A stretch of DNA of 64,000 nucleotides from Candidatus Lustribacter sp. (GCA_965277805.1 OZ255842.1:4000001-4064000); one strand, 5' to 3'. Shown: positions 19,065 through 28,967, counted from the stretch's first letter. A program made the numbers and translations. The notes: generated from the letters alone by a model not told the origin.

Positions 19065-20273
19065 CTACTTCCGCGCGGGCAGCGGCGCGCCGCCCGGCTT
19101 CGACGCCGGCGGGAACGTGTCGCGATCCGCATCCCACCGCACGATGGGCACCTGCATATCGGTGAGGCCGTGCTGATCGCCGATGCGGAAGTCGTAGGTT
19201 CCGTTGACGCCGTCGATGTTGTGGGCGGTCGAGAGATAGCTGCGGAGCTGCTCGGACGTGACGTTCGGCCCGAGCTTGCGCAGCGCATTGACAAGGATCC
19301 AAGCGGGATCCCAGGCCAAGCCGCTGTTCGGGCTGACAATCTCACCCGCGCTCTTGTACGTTGCGAGAAACTCGTCGACCGTGTTGCGCAACATGCCGGG
19401 GCGCAACTCGTCCCGTTCTTGATAGATGGAGCCGTTGAAGTACAGCGCCGGGGGCCGAAACGATTTATATTCGTCGAGCTGCGCGGGATTGAGGTTGGCC
19501 GCGGAAGTTACGACCGGCAGCTGCACACCGGCGTCACTGAGGTTTCGCAAAACCGTTCCGAACGCGGTGCCACCGACAAAGGCGAAGATGACGTTCGGCC
19601 CGGCATCCTTGATGCGCGCAACCTGCGCCGCTACGCTCAAATCGCCCGGATTGAAGTGTTGCCAGCTGACGACTTTTACGTCGCGATTTTCCGGCTGCGC
19701 GAGTGAGAACTCCACGGCTTGATCGGACGATTGTCCGCTCGCATCCGTCGCGGCGATGACGGCAATACGCCGATAGCCCTTGAGACGCGCGAATCGAATC
19801 ACAGCCCCAACGATCGAGTGCAGGGAAGCCGACGAGGCGAACGCGTACGTGCCGGCCTTCGGGAAAAATCCCGGCGAGATGCAAAAGTCGACCGGCCCGT
19901 CTTTGACCATCGCTGCGATTGCGGCGCACGAGGCAGTTTGATTTCCGCCGAAAAACGCGACCGGCTTGTGCGCGATAACGTCGGCGGCGAGTTGTACGGC
20001 GTTCTTCGGATTCGTTTGGTCGTCGTGAATCTCGATATGCAACGGACGCCCATAGATGCCGCCGTGCTGGTTGACGTCTTTCTCGAGCAGTCGCAGGGCC
20101 GATGCGTAAATGCTGCCGGCGAATCCGTTCGCGCCGGTGAGATCGAGGATAGCATCGATCGTGTAGGGCGCTTTCTCTTGCGCCCGCGACGGGGCGATGC
20201 CCGCGCCGGCCACGAGCGTGAAGGCAAGAAGCGCCGTGAGGCCCAGTCGAGCGAAGCGCGTGGGGATGTTCAC
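19065..20273 (-). CDS. Branched-chain/aromatic (LivJ-like) ABC substrate-binding protein
   Basis: Signal peptide; LTG, VNQHGGIYGRPL...DDQTNP; YDFRIGDQHGL. Confidence 0.9.
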   Translation of the reverse strand: MNIPTRFARLGLTALLAFTLVAGAGIAPSRAQEKAPYTIDAILDLTGANGFAGSIYASALRLLEKDVNQHGGIYGRPLHIEIHDDQTNPKNAVQLAADVIAHKPVAFFGGNQTASCAAIAAMVKDGPVDFCISPGFFPKAGTYAFASSASLHSIVGAVIRFARLKGYRRIAVIAATDASGQSSDQAVEFSLAQPENRDVKVVSWQHFNPGDLSVAAQVARIKDAGPNVIFAFVGGTAFGTVLRNLSDAGVQLPVVTSAANLNPAQLDEYKSFRPPALYFNGSIYQERDELRPGMLRNTVDEFLATYKSAGEIVSPNSGLAWDPAWILVNALRKLGPNVTSEQLRSYLSTAHNIDGVNGTYDFRIGDQHGLTDMQVPIVRWDADRDTFPPASKPGGAPLPARK

Positions 20274-20292
20274 GGCACAGTCATTTAGCTTC

Positions 20293-20305
20293 CTTCCCCA
20301 GGAAG
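20293..20305. promoter_or_regulatory. Putative MarR operator CTTCC-N3-GGAAG
   Basis: CTTCCCCAGGAAG 20 nt upstream of SBP start; matches 20975-20987. Confidence 0.6.
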
Positions 20306-20309
20306 CCTT

Positions 20310-20897
20310 CTATTCTTCCACCGCGAGCTCGGGCTGCGCCGAGCCTTCCTCCATCGCCTCGAAGGCTAGTAGTAACGACCGCAGGCTAGCGGCCAGGGCA
20401 CGGCGCGCCTGCGGATCGACGCTTCGGAACACCTCGAATTCAGGCTCGGCCGGCGCCCTCAACTCGTTATCGACCAAGCGGCGGCCCTTCGGGGTCAGCT
20501 CGATGACCACTCGCCGGGCGTCCTCCATGCTCGTCGACCGGCGTGCGACGTAGCCAAGCATTTCCAACTGATCGATACGCTTAGCAATGCCGCCCGACGT
20601 TATCGCGATCTCGGCCAGCAGATCGGTGGGCGTCAGCGGGCCGCTGCTGCGCCGCAGCGCAAAGAGCAGCGACACGTCGCGCCGGGTGATCCCGTTGCGA
20701 ATCGCTACACGTGTGAGGGCGCGGTCGATATAGCGCGAAATCCGTTGGATGCGTGCCGAAACGGCAAACGTCGGATCGTCGACGTCCGGCGTTGCCGCCT
20801 TCCATTGCGCGGCGCGCAGGTCGATCGAGTCGTGCTGATCCGATGCGACCGGAGCCGGACGGATGTGACGGTTGCGCTTAACGATTGGACTCTCCAT
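20310..20897 (-). CDS. MarR-family regulator (UrtR/TamR-like N-terminus)
   Basis: QWKAATPDVD, LFALRRS, LTPTDL, ITSGGIAKRIDQLE, DARRVVIELTPKG; start uncertain. Confidence 0.9.
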   Translation of the reverse strand: MESPIVKRNRHIRPAPVASDQHDSIDLRAAQWKAATPDVDDPTFAVSARIQRISRYIDRALTRVAIRNGITRRDVSLLFALRRSSGPLTPTDLLAEIAITSGGIAKRIDQLEMLGYVARRSTSMEDARRVVIELTPKGRRLVDNELRAPAEPEFEVFRSVDPQARRALAASLRSLLLAFEAMEEGSAQPELAVEE

Positions 20898-20974
20898 TCG
20901 GATACAACGTGGCCTGGCCGTCAATTCGAGTCAGCGATTGGTGATCATGCCGATCCCATCGGCCAGGTAGTTTC

Positions 20975-20987
20975 CTTCCGACGGAAG
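20975..20987. promoter_or_regulatory. Putative MarR operator CTTCCG-A-CGGAAG
   Basis: Perfect inverted repeat between divergent marR and M24 genes. Confidence 0.62.
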
Positions 20988-20998
20988 AAATATTATTC

Positions 20999-22306
20999 AT
21001 GACGGTTCTCGCACAGCATGTCTATCGGCGTTTTTCCATTGCCGAGCGCGATCGCCGCTGGAGCGGCCTACGACAACGTATGGAACGCGATGGCCTCGCG
21101 GCGATCGTCGCACCCCAAAACCCCGGCAACTCGACCGACTGGCAAGCCGACGCGCGGTATATATCGCAGTGCGGCGGCGGAGCCGACGCTTCGATCGCCG
21201 CGGTACTCCCTCTCGACGGCGAGGTCACCGTCGTCGCGACGTCGGCGCTGGAGCGCTGGGGGCCGGCGGTGCAAAACTGGGTCACCGACGTGCGTGAGGC
21301 CCAACGCCGTTACGGCAAAGTCATTGCCGAACGGCTTTTGGAACTCGGCCTCTCCAACCAAAAGATCGGTATAACCGGCGCGAGCACGCGTTCGCCCGAG
21401 GGTACGATCATGCACGGCACCTATGCGGCCATTACGTCGATGCTTCCGCACGCGACGTTCGTCGACGCGTCGGAACTGCTCCAAGAAATGCGCGAACAAA
21501 AGAGTGCTGAGGAGCTGGCCGTCCTTCAAAGTTCCGTCGACCTCGTAGAGCGAGCGTACGACGCGATGGCACGCGCTGCGCAGCCCGGCGTTCCGGACTA
21601 TTACGTGTGGGCCGAATCGATGCACGCGATGTTCTCACGCGGATCGGAACTGTCGGTGCATTACAACTGGCTCGCAGACACTCACCCGGGCCGCACGCTT
21701 ACCCGTCCGACAGGCCGGCCGCTCGTTGCCGGGGACGTCATCGTAGCCGAGATGGAAGCGTCGGTTTGCGGCTACCGCTCCCAGCAAATCCGGCCTGTCG
21801 CCGTGCACGACGCCGACCCGTTTTTCCGCGAGCTCGCCAAACTGCATGGCGAGCTCTACCCGCAGCTCCTCGATGTGATTCGCCCCGGCATTACCGTGTC
21901 CGAGCTGATCGAAAAGACAATCGCAGTCGGGAAGAAAGCAACGAGGCGCGCCGGTGCGCTGGCGGACCTCCAAACCTCGCTGATCGTCCACGGCCGCGGC
22001 CTGGGCGATGACCGGCCCTTGCTGCTCACCGATCTCGACGCCAAGCCGATGTATGAGGGAACCGAACGCGCCATGAGTTTCCGTTTTCCGGATAACGGCG
22101 TCTACATCGTCAAGCCGACGATCGCCTCACGTGATAAGAAATATCAATTCATCTGGGGCGACACGGTCAGGCTCACTCCATCGGGTGCCCGCCGCATGGG
22201 CCGCTCGGACCACGGGCTGATCGTCTCGGAGCCGGCGCCGGTTGCATGGCCGCAAGACGTCAACATTTACCGGGACTTGGCCGTTAACGAAAGATCAGAG
22301 ACTTGA
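20999..22306 (+). CDS. M24 (Xaa-Pro peptidase/creatinase fold) protein
   Basis: FSIAERDRRW, KSAEEL, GYRSQQIR, HGRGLG. Confidence 0.85.
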   Translation: MTVLAQHVYRRFSIAERDRRWSGLRQRMERDGLAAIVAPQNPGNSTDWQADARYISQCGGGADASIAAVLPLDGEVTVVATSALERWGPAVQNWVTDVREAQRRYGKVIAERLLELGLSNQKIGITGASTRSPEGTIMHGTYAAITSMLPHATFVDASELLQEMREQKSAEELAVLQSSVDLVERAYDAMARAAQPGVPDYYVWAESMHAMFSRGSELSVHYNWLADTHPGRTLTRPTGRPLVAGDVIVAEMEASVCGYRSQQIRPVAVHDADPFFRELAKLHGELYPQLLDVIRPGITVSELIEKTIAVGKKATRRAGALADLQTSLIVHGRGLGDDRPLLLTDLDAKPMYEGTERAMSFRFPDNGVYIVKPTIASRDKKYQFIWGDTVRLTPSGARRMGRSDHGLIVSEPAPVAWPQDVNIYRDLAVNERSET

Positions 22307-23864
22307 TGACGAGCGGGATGACGCCTGGAGGGGTGACCATCTCGCCGACATCGACGAAATCGAAATCGCGCAGATCGACGCTATCGATCGAGAGCACCTC
22401 GCACGTGAGGTTCAACTCATCGCGTAGCAGATGACCCATCGTCTTGCCGACGTCGCCGTCGATCAGCACGACGAGCGGGGTCGTGCGCGCGTTCGGCTGC
22501 GAGACGGTTTGCGCGATGCCCTTGGCCACCGCGAGCAGCTCGCGATATTCCGGCGCGCGCGTCCAGCTGAACGCGACCGCCACGATCGCATCGTCATCGC
22601 GTTCGAGCCGCCCGATGCTGCGCCGCAACGCCTCCTCGAGCCCGTCGCTCGTGAACGTTTCCGGAATCTCCAACCGCACGACCGGAACGTTGCGCAACGG
22701 TAGCGCGGCGTGGTCCGACACGTAGATCGTCTTGCCGCTGACTTGCACCGTGAATTGCGATGCGCCGAGCACGGTCGCGCGAATGCCCGAACCCGGATCG
22801 ACGACCGGTACTTTCAAGCGTTCGCGAAAGCGTTCGCGCAGCTGTTCGGCCAATTGCGGCGCGAGATCGCCGAACTCTTTGACTTGCCGCTTGAACACGT
22901 ATTCGGCCACGCCGCCGGAAACGGTGATCGCTTCGGGCTCGACGGTACGCCGTAACTCGGGCGTGAGGATCAGCGAGCGCGCAAACGCATCCAGCGGTGC
23001 GCCCGTGATGTAATCGATCAAGACATCGGCCAACCGGCTGGCCATCCGCGCGCGCGTTTCCGCGTTGGCAAATGATTCCGGCGTGGCCGGAACGCCGAGT
23101 TCTTTGGCCAGCAACACCGCCGTGTCGTCGATGCGGGTATACTTGCCGTCCGCGTCGAGTGCGATCAAACGCCCGCCGACGGCAAACGCGCACAGATCGA
23201 GGATCTCGCCGCCATGGATCAGCGCAAGCTTCGTCGTGCCGCCGCCGATATCGACATGCAGCACGGTCGTGTCAGGATCTTTTGAATACGCGACGGCGCC
23301 CGAACCGTGCGCGCACAGCACCGCTTCGAGCTGGTGACCGGCCGTCGCGCACACGAACTTGCCCGCGTGGGCTGCGAAGAGTTCGTCGATCGCCTCGGCG
23401 TTGCTCTTCTTGATCGCTTCACCGGTGAGGATTACCGCGCCGCTGTCGATCGCCTCCGGCGTGGTTCCCGCATCGTGATAACACGTTTCGATAAAGCGGC
23501 CGAGCTTGTCGGCGTCGATTGCGCCCGCGGCGGTGAACGGCGTCAGCATGATCGGCGAGCGCCACACGATATCGCGCCGCACGACGACGTAGCGGCTCGA
23601 GAGATCCTGCGCCTCACGTTCGAGGATGATTTTCGCAAACAGCAAGTGCGAGGTCGAACTGCCGATGTCGATGCCGACGGTTTTCAGTTCGAGATGTTCT
23701 TGCGACTCGATGTAGGCCTCGATCGCCTTCGCCGCTTCCGCGTCGAAGTGAGCGTGGTCGAAGATGTCCTCGTGCAATTGCAGCCACTCCCTTGCCCAGG
23801 CAGCCTGCATCCCCGCAAGACCAGGATCCACCGGCGGACGGCCGTGCGGTTGAAAGAACGCCAT
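22284..23864 (-). CDS. EutA-like reactivase family ATPase
   Basis: VGIDIGSSTSH, GAVILTGEA, TAGHQLEA..AHGSGA, DIGGGTTK, IRATVLGASQFTVQVSG. Confidence 0.88.
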   Translation of the reverse strand: MAFFQPHGRPPVDPGLAGMQAAWAREWLQLHEDIFDHAHFDAEAAKAIEAYIESQEHLELKTVGIDIGSSTSHLLFAKIILEREAQDLSSRYVVVRRDIVWRSPIMLTPFTAAGAIDADKLGRFIETCYHDAGTTPEAIDSGAVILTGEAIKKSNAEAIDELFAAHAGKFVCATAGHQLEAVLCAHGSGAVAYSKDPDTTVLHVDIGGGTTKLALIHGGEILDLCAFAVGGRLIALDADGKYTRIDDTAVLLAKELGVPATPESFANAETRARMASRLADVLIDYITGAPLDAFARSLILTPELRRTVEPEAITVSGGVAEYVFKRQVKEFGDLAPQLAEQLRERFRERLKVPVVDPGSGIRATVLGASQFTVQVSGKTIYVSDHAALPLRNVPVVRLEIPETFTSDGLEEALRRSIGRLERDDDAIVAVAFSWTRAPEYRELLAVAKGIAQTVSQPNARTTPLVVLIDGDVGKTMGHLLRDELNLTCEVLSIDSVDLRDFDFVDVGEMVTPPGVIPLVIKSLIFR

Positions 23865-23916
23865 GGTGCTCCAAATAGGGGAAGGGATGCGCTTAGTTCT
23901 CTAACTAGAGTACGAA

Positions 23917-24615
23917 ATGAGCGTTACCGAAACCTCGCACGCGCTGCCGCGAACCGGCGGCGGAACCTTTCCCGTTACGCAAGTGACGCCGGGCGCGCGT
24001 GCTCCCGGGCTCGTCGTCATCTCCTCTGCGTACGGCGTGACGGACGAGCTGCGCGCAACGATGCGCCGGTACAGCGCGACCGCCGGTTACATCGTGGCCG
24101 CTCCCGATATGTTTTCGCGCACGGTACCGGGACCGCTCGGTCAGAGCGAAGCCGATCGCACCGCCGCGCGCGGACGCCTCGACGGCTTCGACGTTGCGCT
24201 CGGACTCGCCGACATGCGGGCGGTCATGGACGATCTGCGCGCGCGACCCGATTGTAACGGAACGATCGCCGTCATGGGCTACTGCTTCGGCGGCGAGTTC
24301 GCATTTCTGGGAACGACCGAACTCGGCGCGGCCGGCGCGATCTCGTTTCACGGCGTCGGCATCGGCAAACATCTCGACGAGGCCGGCAAAGTCAACGTGC
24401 CGATGAGCTTGCACTTCGGCGAAGACGACCGCTTCGTGCCGAATACCGAAGTCGACGCGATCGAAGCGGCGTTTCGCAATAAGCCGGACGTTGAAGTGTA
24501 CCGTTACGCCGGCGCCAAGCACGGCTTCGTGCAATCCGAATCGGCTGCTTACGATGCGGCGGCGGCGCAACTCTCCGAGGAGCGTGCTCTGGCAATGCTT
24601 GCCCGCTTGAAGTGA
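23917..24615 (+). CDS. Dienelactone hydrolase family
   Basis: GYCFGG, HFGEDD, YAGAKHGF. Confidence 0.93.
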   Translation: MSVTETSHALPRTGGGTFPVTQVTPGARAPGLVVISSAYGVTDELRATMRRYSATAGYIVAAPDMFSRTVPGPLGQSEADRTAARGRLDGFDVALGLADMRAVMDDLRARPDCNGTIAVMGYCFGGEFAFLGTTELGAAGAISFHGVGIGKHLDEAGKVNVPMSLHFGEDDRFVPNTEVDAIEAAFRNKPDVEVYRYAGAKHGFVQSESAAYDAAAAQLSEERALAMLARLK

Positions 24616-25841
24616 GCGAGACCGCCGTCGAAGCGCCGGATCCGGCGTGGAAACGGACGCTCGCGCTGATGGTCTGCGTGCAGGCGGTGATGTCGGCGCA
24701 GATCTACTATTCCTCGCCGTTCTTTCCGCAATTTCTCGAACAGAACGGCGTCTTTCCGCTCAGCAGCGTCGAGGTATGGGCCGGCGCGATCCTCTCGGCG
24801 AGCGCGCTGTCATCGGCCGTCTTCTCGCCGATCTGGGGCGGCATCGGCGATCGCATCGGCCGCAAGCAGATGGTGTGGCGTTCGGCGGTTGCCGCCAGCC
24901 TCGCGATGGGCCTGACGGGCTTGTGCACGACTCCGTGGGAGATGCTCGGCATCCGCGTCATCTCGGGTGTGTTCGCGGGATTTTCCACCTCGGCGATGGC
25001 GCTGGTTGCTACGCAAGTGCCGGAAGCGCGTCTCGGCTACGCGCTGGGCTGGCTCTCGACCGGACAGATCACGGGCGCGCTCATCGGCCCGCTCCTAGGC
25101 GGTTTGCTGGCCGATCATTTGCATAACTACCGGCTCGTTTTCTTTTTGTCCAGCGGCGCGACGATGCTCGTTTCGGTGCTGTGCGTCGCGTTCGTGCACG
25201 AGGTGCGGCGGCCGGGTTCCCACATGGAACGTCACACGGCCTCGTTCTTGGAGCGGCTGCGCGGCATCGCGCAGCATCCCGATTTCGCACCGATGTTTCT
25301 GGTCATCATGCTGGCACAGATCTGCTCAATCGGGCTCTCTCCGATCCTGCCGATCTTCGTCCGCGACATCTTGGGCGACGTGCCGTATCAAACCACGATC
25401 ACCGGCGCCGCGATCGCGGTCACCGGCGTCGCGGGGTTGGTGAGCGCGCCGTTTCTGGGCCGGCGCAGTGACGAGATCGGTTACCGCCGGGTCTTGCTGA
25501 TCACGCTCTCGGGTGCCGCGGTGTTCACGCTGCCGCAAGCGTTCGTCTCGAATATCTGGGAATTCGTGACGCTGCGGTTCGGCGTCGGCGTGTTCTTGGG
25601 CGGCATCTTGCCGAGCGCCAACGCGATCATCGGCCGCATCGCAAAGCCCGAGATGCGCGGTCAAGTGTACGGCCTCACCTCCACGGCGCAGTTCCTTGGA
25701 CGCTTCGTCGGCCCGCTGCTGGGCTCGACCATCGCGGCGTCCTTTGGGATCCCGGCGACCTTCGCGGTCATCGGCTGCCTCATGGTCGTCAACGTGGTGT
25801 GGGTTGCAGCGCGCGTCGGTCGTGGTATGCTTGACGCATGA
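24612..25841 (+). CDS. MFS transporter (DHA1/MdtG-like)
   Basis: PIWGGIGDRIGRK, GRRSDEIGYR; 12-TM pattern. Confidence 0.92.
   Translation: MSETAVEAPDPAWKRTLALMVCVQAVMSAQIYYSSPFFPQFLEQNGVFPLSSVEVWAGAILSASALSSAVFSPIWGGIGDRIGRKQMVWRSAVAASLAMGLTGLCTTPWEMLGIRVISGVFAGFSTSAMALVATQVPEARLGYALGWLSTGQITGALIGPLLGGLLADHLHNYRLVFFLSSGATMLVSVLCVAFVHEVRRPGSHMERHTASFLERLRGIAQHPDFAPMFLVIMLAQICSIGLSPILPIFVRDILGDVPYQTTITGAAIAVTGVAGLVSAPFLGRRSDEIGYRRVLLITLSGAAVFTLPQAFVSNIWEFVTLRFGVGVFLGGILPSANAIIGRIAKPEMRGQVYGLTSTAQFLGRFVGPLLGSTIAASFGIPATFAVIGCLMVVNVVWVAARVGRGMLDA
25823..25831 (+). promoter_or_regulatory. Extended -10 (TGgTATGCT), leaderless-type, for small ORF
   Basis: 6 nt upstream of ATG 25838. Confidence 0.5.
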
Positions 25842-26023
25842 ACGCGGCGACGGCAGCCACCGCCACGCCCGGATCGACCGGGGTGATCGCGCACGTCTCC
25901 GACAGCCCGGTCTACATCGCCCCGGCCTCGCATCAGTTCCTGATCGCGCCGGCGGGCAAAGTCATCATTCCGGTCCAGGAAAAGACGGCCGGCATCGGCA
26001 TCCACGCCGACCACAGCTCCTAA
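25838..26023 (+). CDS. Small hypothetical protein (61 aa)
   Basis: Fills the gap exactly, host-like codon use, ATGA overlap with MFS stop, -10 element upstream. Confidence 0.6.
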   Translation: MNAATAATATPGSTGVIAHVSDSPVYIAPASHQFLIAPAGKVIIPVQEKTAGIGIHADHSS

Positions 26024-26721
26024 ACCACGCCCGAGAACGAGACGAAGCCTTCGCGCCGTCCGCTGAGAAACGCGCGGACGTCGCTTGCGAGACGCGCGAT
26101 CTCGACCGCATCGAACGGGTAGTGCGCGCCCGCGGCCGGTTCGAACAGATCGGCGAATTGGCGGCCGTCGCGCACGTTCGATCCGACGCACGTCAAGCGC
26201 ACGCCGTCGTCGCCCGCGGGCCGCAGCGTGGCCGAGAGATGACCGACGGCAAAGCGCATCGAGTTGTCGATGAGCGGGCCTTCTTCCACCGGACCTAAAC
26301 CGCGGCGCGCGCGGGCGCTGGCGTCGGGATCGGGATCCGGCCGTAAGATCAGCGCGCTGCGAAAGCCCGCCTCCAGTTCGACGACGAGTTCGCGCGCCAC
26401 GAGTTCGTACGTCGGCGGCGCACTCGCCGGCATCTCTTCGAACGGACGATCGCGCACGTCGATCTGAAACGACGGGCGCAATGCAACGCGCAGCAGGTCG
26501 CCGATCACGGTCAGCATGTCCGAACCGCGGAACGTCACCAGCGGCAATTCCGCGTCGTCGACGATCCGCGTCACCGGATTCGCGCCGGCGTTCGGACGAT
26601 CGAAAAGACGGAACGTACCGCTGCGATAGACCGCGGTTCCGCGCAGATCTTTGGCGCGCAGCAAGGCGGTCCAAACTTGCTTGCCATCGAGCGCGCGCAG
26701 ACGCTCGAACGTCGCATCCAT
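26020..26721 (-). CDS. Hypothetical protein
   Basis: ORF from MDATFERL filling the interval; no motif recognised. Confidence 0.6.
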   Translation of the reverse strand: MDATFERLRALDGKQVWTALLRAKDLRGTAVYRSGTFRLFDRPNAGANPVTRIVDDAELPLVTFRGSDMLTVIGDLLRVALRPSFQIDVRDRPFEEMPASAPPTYELVARELVVELEAGFRSALILRPDPDPDASARARRGLGPVEEGPLIDNSMRFAVGHLSATLRPAGDDGVRLTCVGSNVRDGRQFADLFEPAAGAHYPFDAVEIARLASDVRAFLSGRREGFVSFSGVV

Positions 26722-26758
26722 ACGGAGGCTTTCAGTATTGGCGCGGGAAGTTCCGCGC

Positions 26759-27598
26759 ATGGCTACGCACTCGGTCCAGGAACGCGACGTTTCGTACCTG
26801 CAGCACGGCGACCGTTCGTATGAAGCGCACCTGTATCAGCCGGACGGCGACGGTCCGTTTCCGGCGGTCGTCGAGGTGCACGGCGGCGCGTGGACGATGA
26901 ACGACCGCTTCAGCAACGCCGCGCTCGACAAGGCGCTCGCGGCTTCCGGCGTCGTGGTTCTCGCGCTCGACTTCCGCATGCCGCCCGACGGCCGCTATCC
27001 CGACTCCGCGGCCGACGTCAACTACGGCATCCGCTGGCTCAAGGCGCACGCGGCCGAACTGCACACGCGTCCCGAACTCGTCGGCGGCATCGCGACGTCG
27101 AGCGGCGCGCAGACGTTGCTCGTGAACGCACTGCAGCCGCACGATCCGCGCTACACGGCGATTCCGCTCGCCGGCTCGCCGGCCGTCGATGCAACGCTGG
27201 CGTTCGTCGCCGCATGCTGGCCGATCGCCGATCCGCTGGCGCGTTATCACATGGCGAAGGGCAAGGGCAACGACAAGCTCGTCGCCGCGCACGATGCGTA
27301 TTGGCCCGACGAAGCGGCGATGGCCGAAGGCAATCCCCAGCGCATGCTCGAGCGCGGCGATGCCGTTACGCCGTTGCCGCCGCTGTTCATCGCGCAGGGA
27401 ACGAACGACGACAACGTCACGCCCGATATGGCGGATAAGTTCGCTGCCGCCTATCGCAGCGCCGGCGGTTCAGTCGAGCTGAAGAAATTCGAAGGCCAGC
27501 CGCACTCGTTCATCAAGGAACCCGTCTCGCCGGTTGCCGCCGAGGCGATCGAGCTGCTGATCGGTTTCATCCACGACCGCAACAGCGTCGCGCGTTAG
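26759..27598 (+). CDS. Alpha/beta hydrolase (HSL/Aes-like esterase)
   Basis: HGGAW, ATSSGA, QGTNDDNV, GQPHSF. Confidence 0.9.
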   Translation: MATHSVQERDVSYLQHGDRSYEAHLYQPDGDGPFPAVVEVHGGAWTMNDRFSNAALDKALAASGVVVLALDFRMPPDGRYPDSAADVNYGIRWLKAHAAELHTRPELVGGIATSSGAQTLLVNALQPHDPRYTAIPLAGSPAVDATLAFVAACWPIADPLARYHMAKGKGNDKLVAAHDAYWPDEAAMAEGNPQRMLERGDAVTPLPPLFIAQGTNDDNVTPDMADKFAAAYRSAGGSVELKKFEGQPHSFIKEPVSPVAAEAIELLIGFIHDRNSVAR

Positions 27599-27604
27599 CG
27601 GGGA

Positions 27605-28147
27605 TTAACTCGCGGGCGCCTTCAGCCGGTAGAGCACGTGCCTGCGCAGCGGGTGGCCGGCTGCGATGTAGGGATTATCGAAGTCGTCGTTCGGATCGCG
27701 CGTCATGCCGAGACGTTGCATCACGCGCTGCGAGCGCACGTTGACGGGCGTCGTGATCGCGACGATTTCGGACCGCTTCAGTTCGCCGAACGCAAAGTCG
27801 AGCGCGGCGCGCGCACCTTCGGTGGCATAGCCCTTGCCCCAGTGGTCGTAAGCGAACCACCAGCCGATCTCCATCGCCGGCGTGAAGTGCGAGTCGAACG
27901 GGATCTCTTGCAGCACGATGACGCCGACAAACGACGCTCCGCCCTTGACCTCGACCGGCCACCAACCGTACCCCTCCCGTTCCAACCGTTCCCGCATGCG
28001 CACGAGACTTGCCTCCGACTGCGCGCGCGTGTAGGTCGACGGAAAGTGCTCCATCACGCGCGGATCGGCGCTCAATTCCACCCACGGATCGACATCACTG
28101 TCGCGCCACGAACGCAGCAGGAGCCGCGGCGTTTCGAGCGTCCCCAT
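27605..28147 (-). CDS. GNAT acetyltransferase (RimJ/RimL-like)
   Basis: LETPRLLLR, WGKGYATEGA, NVRSQRVMQRLGM. Confidence 0.93.
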   Translation of the reverse strand: MGTLETPRLLLRSWRDSDVDPWVELSADPRVMEHFPSTYTRAQSEASLVRMRERLEREGYGWWPVEVKGGASFVGVIVLQEIPFDSHFTPAMEIGWWFAYDHWGKGYATEGARAALDFAFGELKRSEIVAITTPVNVRSQRVMQRLGMTRDPNDDFDNPYIAAGHPLRRHVLYRLKAPAS

Positions 28148-28153
28148 TCGCCG

Positions 28154-28921
28154 TTAGCCGCGATCGATGAACGACGGCATTTGGTTGGGAAGGATCGTCG
28201 CTTCGTACAGGTTCACTTCGTCCGGCAGCGTGGCCATCAAGACCGCGATACGCGCCACGTCCGAAGCCGCCATCACGTATTGCTGCGGCGTCGGTCCGGG
28301 ACCGGCTTTGGGCTCGCGGCCCACGGTCTGACGAGTGAAGCCGCTCAGCGTGGAGCCCGCATGAATGATCGAGGCGACGACGCCGTACGCGCGGCCGTCG
28401 CGCGTGACCTGATGCGTAAGCCCATGCAGCGCATGCTTCGTCGCCGTATACGCGAGTGAATCGGGCCGCGGCGTCTTCTGCGACACGCTCCCCATCGTGA
28501 TGATGCGGCCGCCTTGCGGGTCTTGCGCCTTCATCATCTTCACCGCTTCGCGCGTGGCGATGAACGCGGCGGTGAGGTTGACCGCAATCACGTCATTCCA
28601 AAAGTCGAGCGACATCTCGTCGATCGGCTTGTGTGCCGTGATGCCGGCATTGTTCACCAGCACGTCGAGCCGCCCGAAGTTGCTCTTCGCAGCCTCGAAT
28701 AATTTGATCACGTCGGCTTCGTTTCGGACGTCGCCGGGCACCGGGAGCGCTTTGCCCCCGGCGCTCGTGATGGCAGATGCCACGCGGTCGAGCTCCGCCA
28801 CCTTTCTGCCGCCCAATATCACCGTCGCGCCCTCGGCTCCAAACGCCGTCGCAATCCCCTCGCCGATGCCGCCGCTCGCGCCCGTCACGATCGCGATCCG
28901 GCCAGTCATTTGTGCTGCCAT
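28154..28921 (-). CDS. Short-chain dehydrogenase/reductase
   Basis: TGASGGIG, NNAG, YTATKHA. Confidence 0.93.
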   Translation of the reverse strand: MAAQMTGRIAIVTGASGGIGEGIATAFGAEGATVILGGRKVAELDRVASAITSAGGKALPVPGDVRNEADVIKLFEAAKSNFGRLDVLVNNAGITAHKPIDEMSLDFWNDVIAVNLTAAFIATREAVKMMKAQDPQGGRIITMGSVSQKTPRPDSLAYTATKHALHGLTHQVTRDGRAYGVVASIIHAGSTLSGFTRQTVGREPKAGPGPTPQQYVMAASDVARIAVLMATLPDEVNLYEATILPNQMPSFIDRG

Positions 28922-28967
28922 GTGCTACGGTGTATCCTTCACTCCTAGCGTCTACCTCCAAAACCGC

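Noticed and set aside
25838-26023. RiPP precursor next to an MFS exporter
   Set aside because: No modifying enzymes or recognisable leader motif nearby
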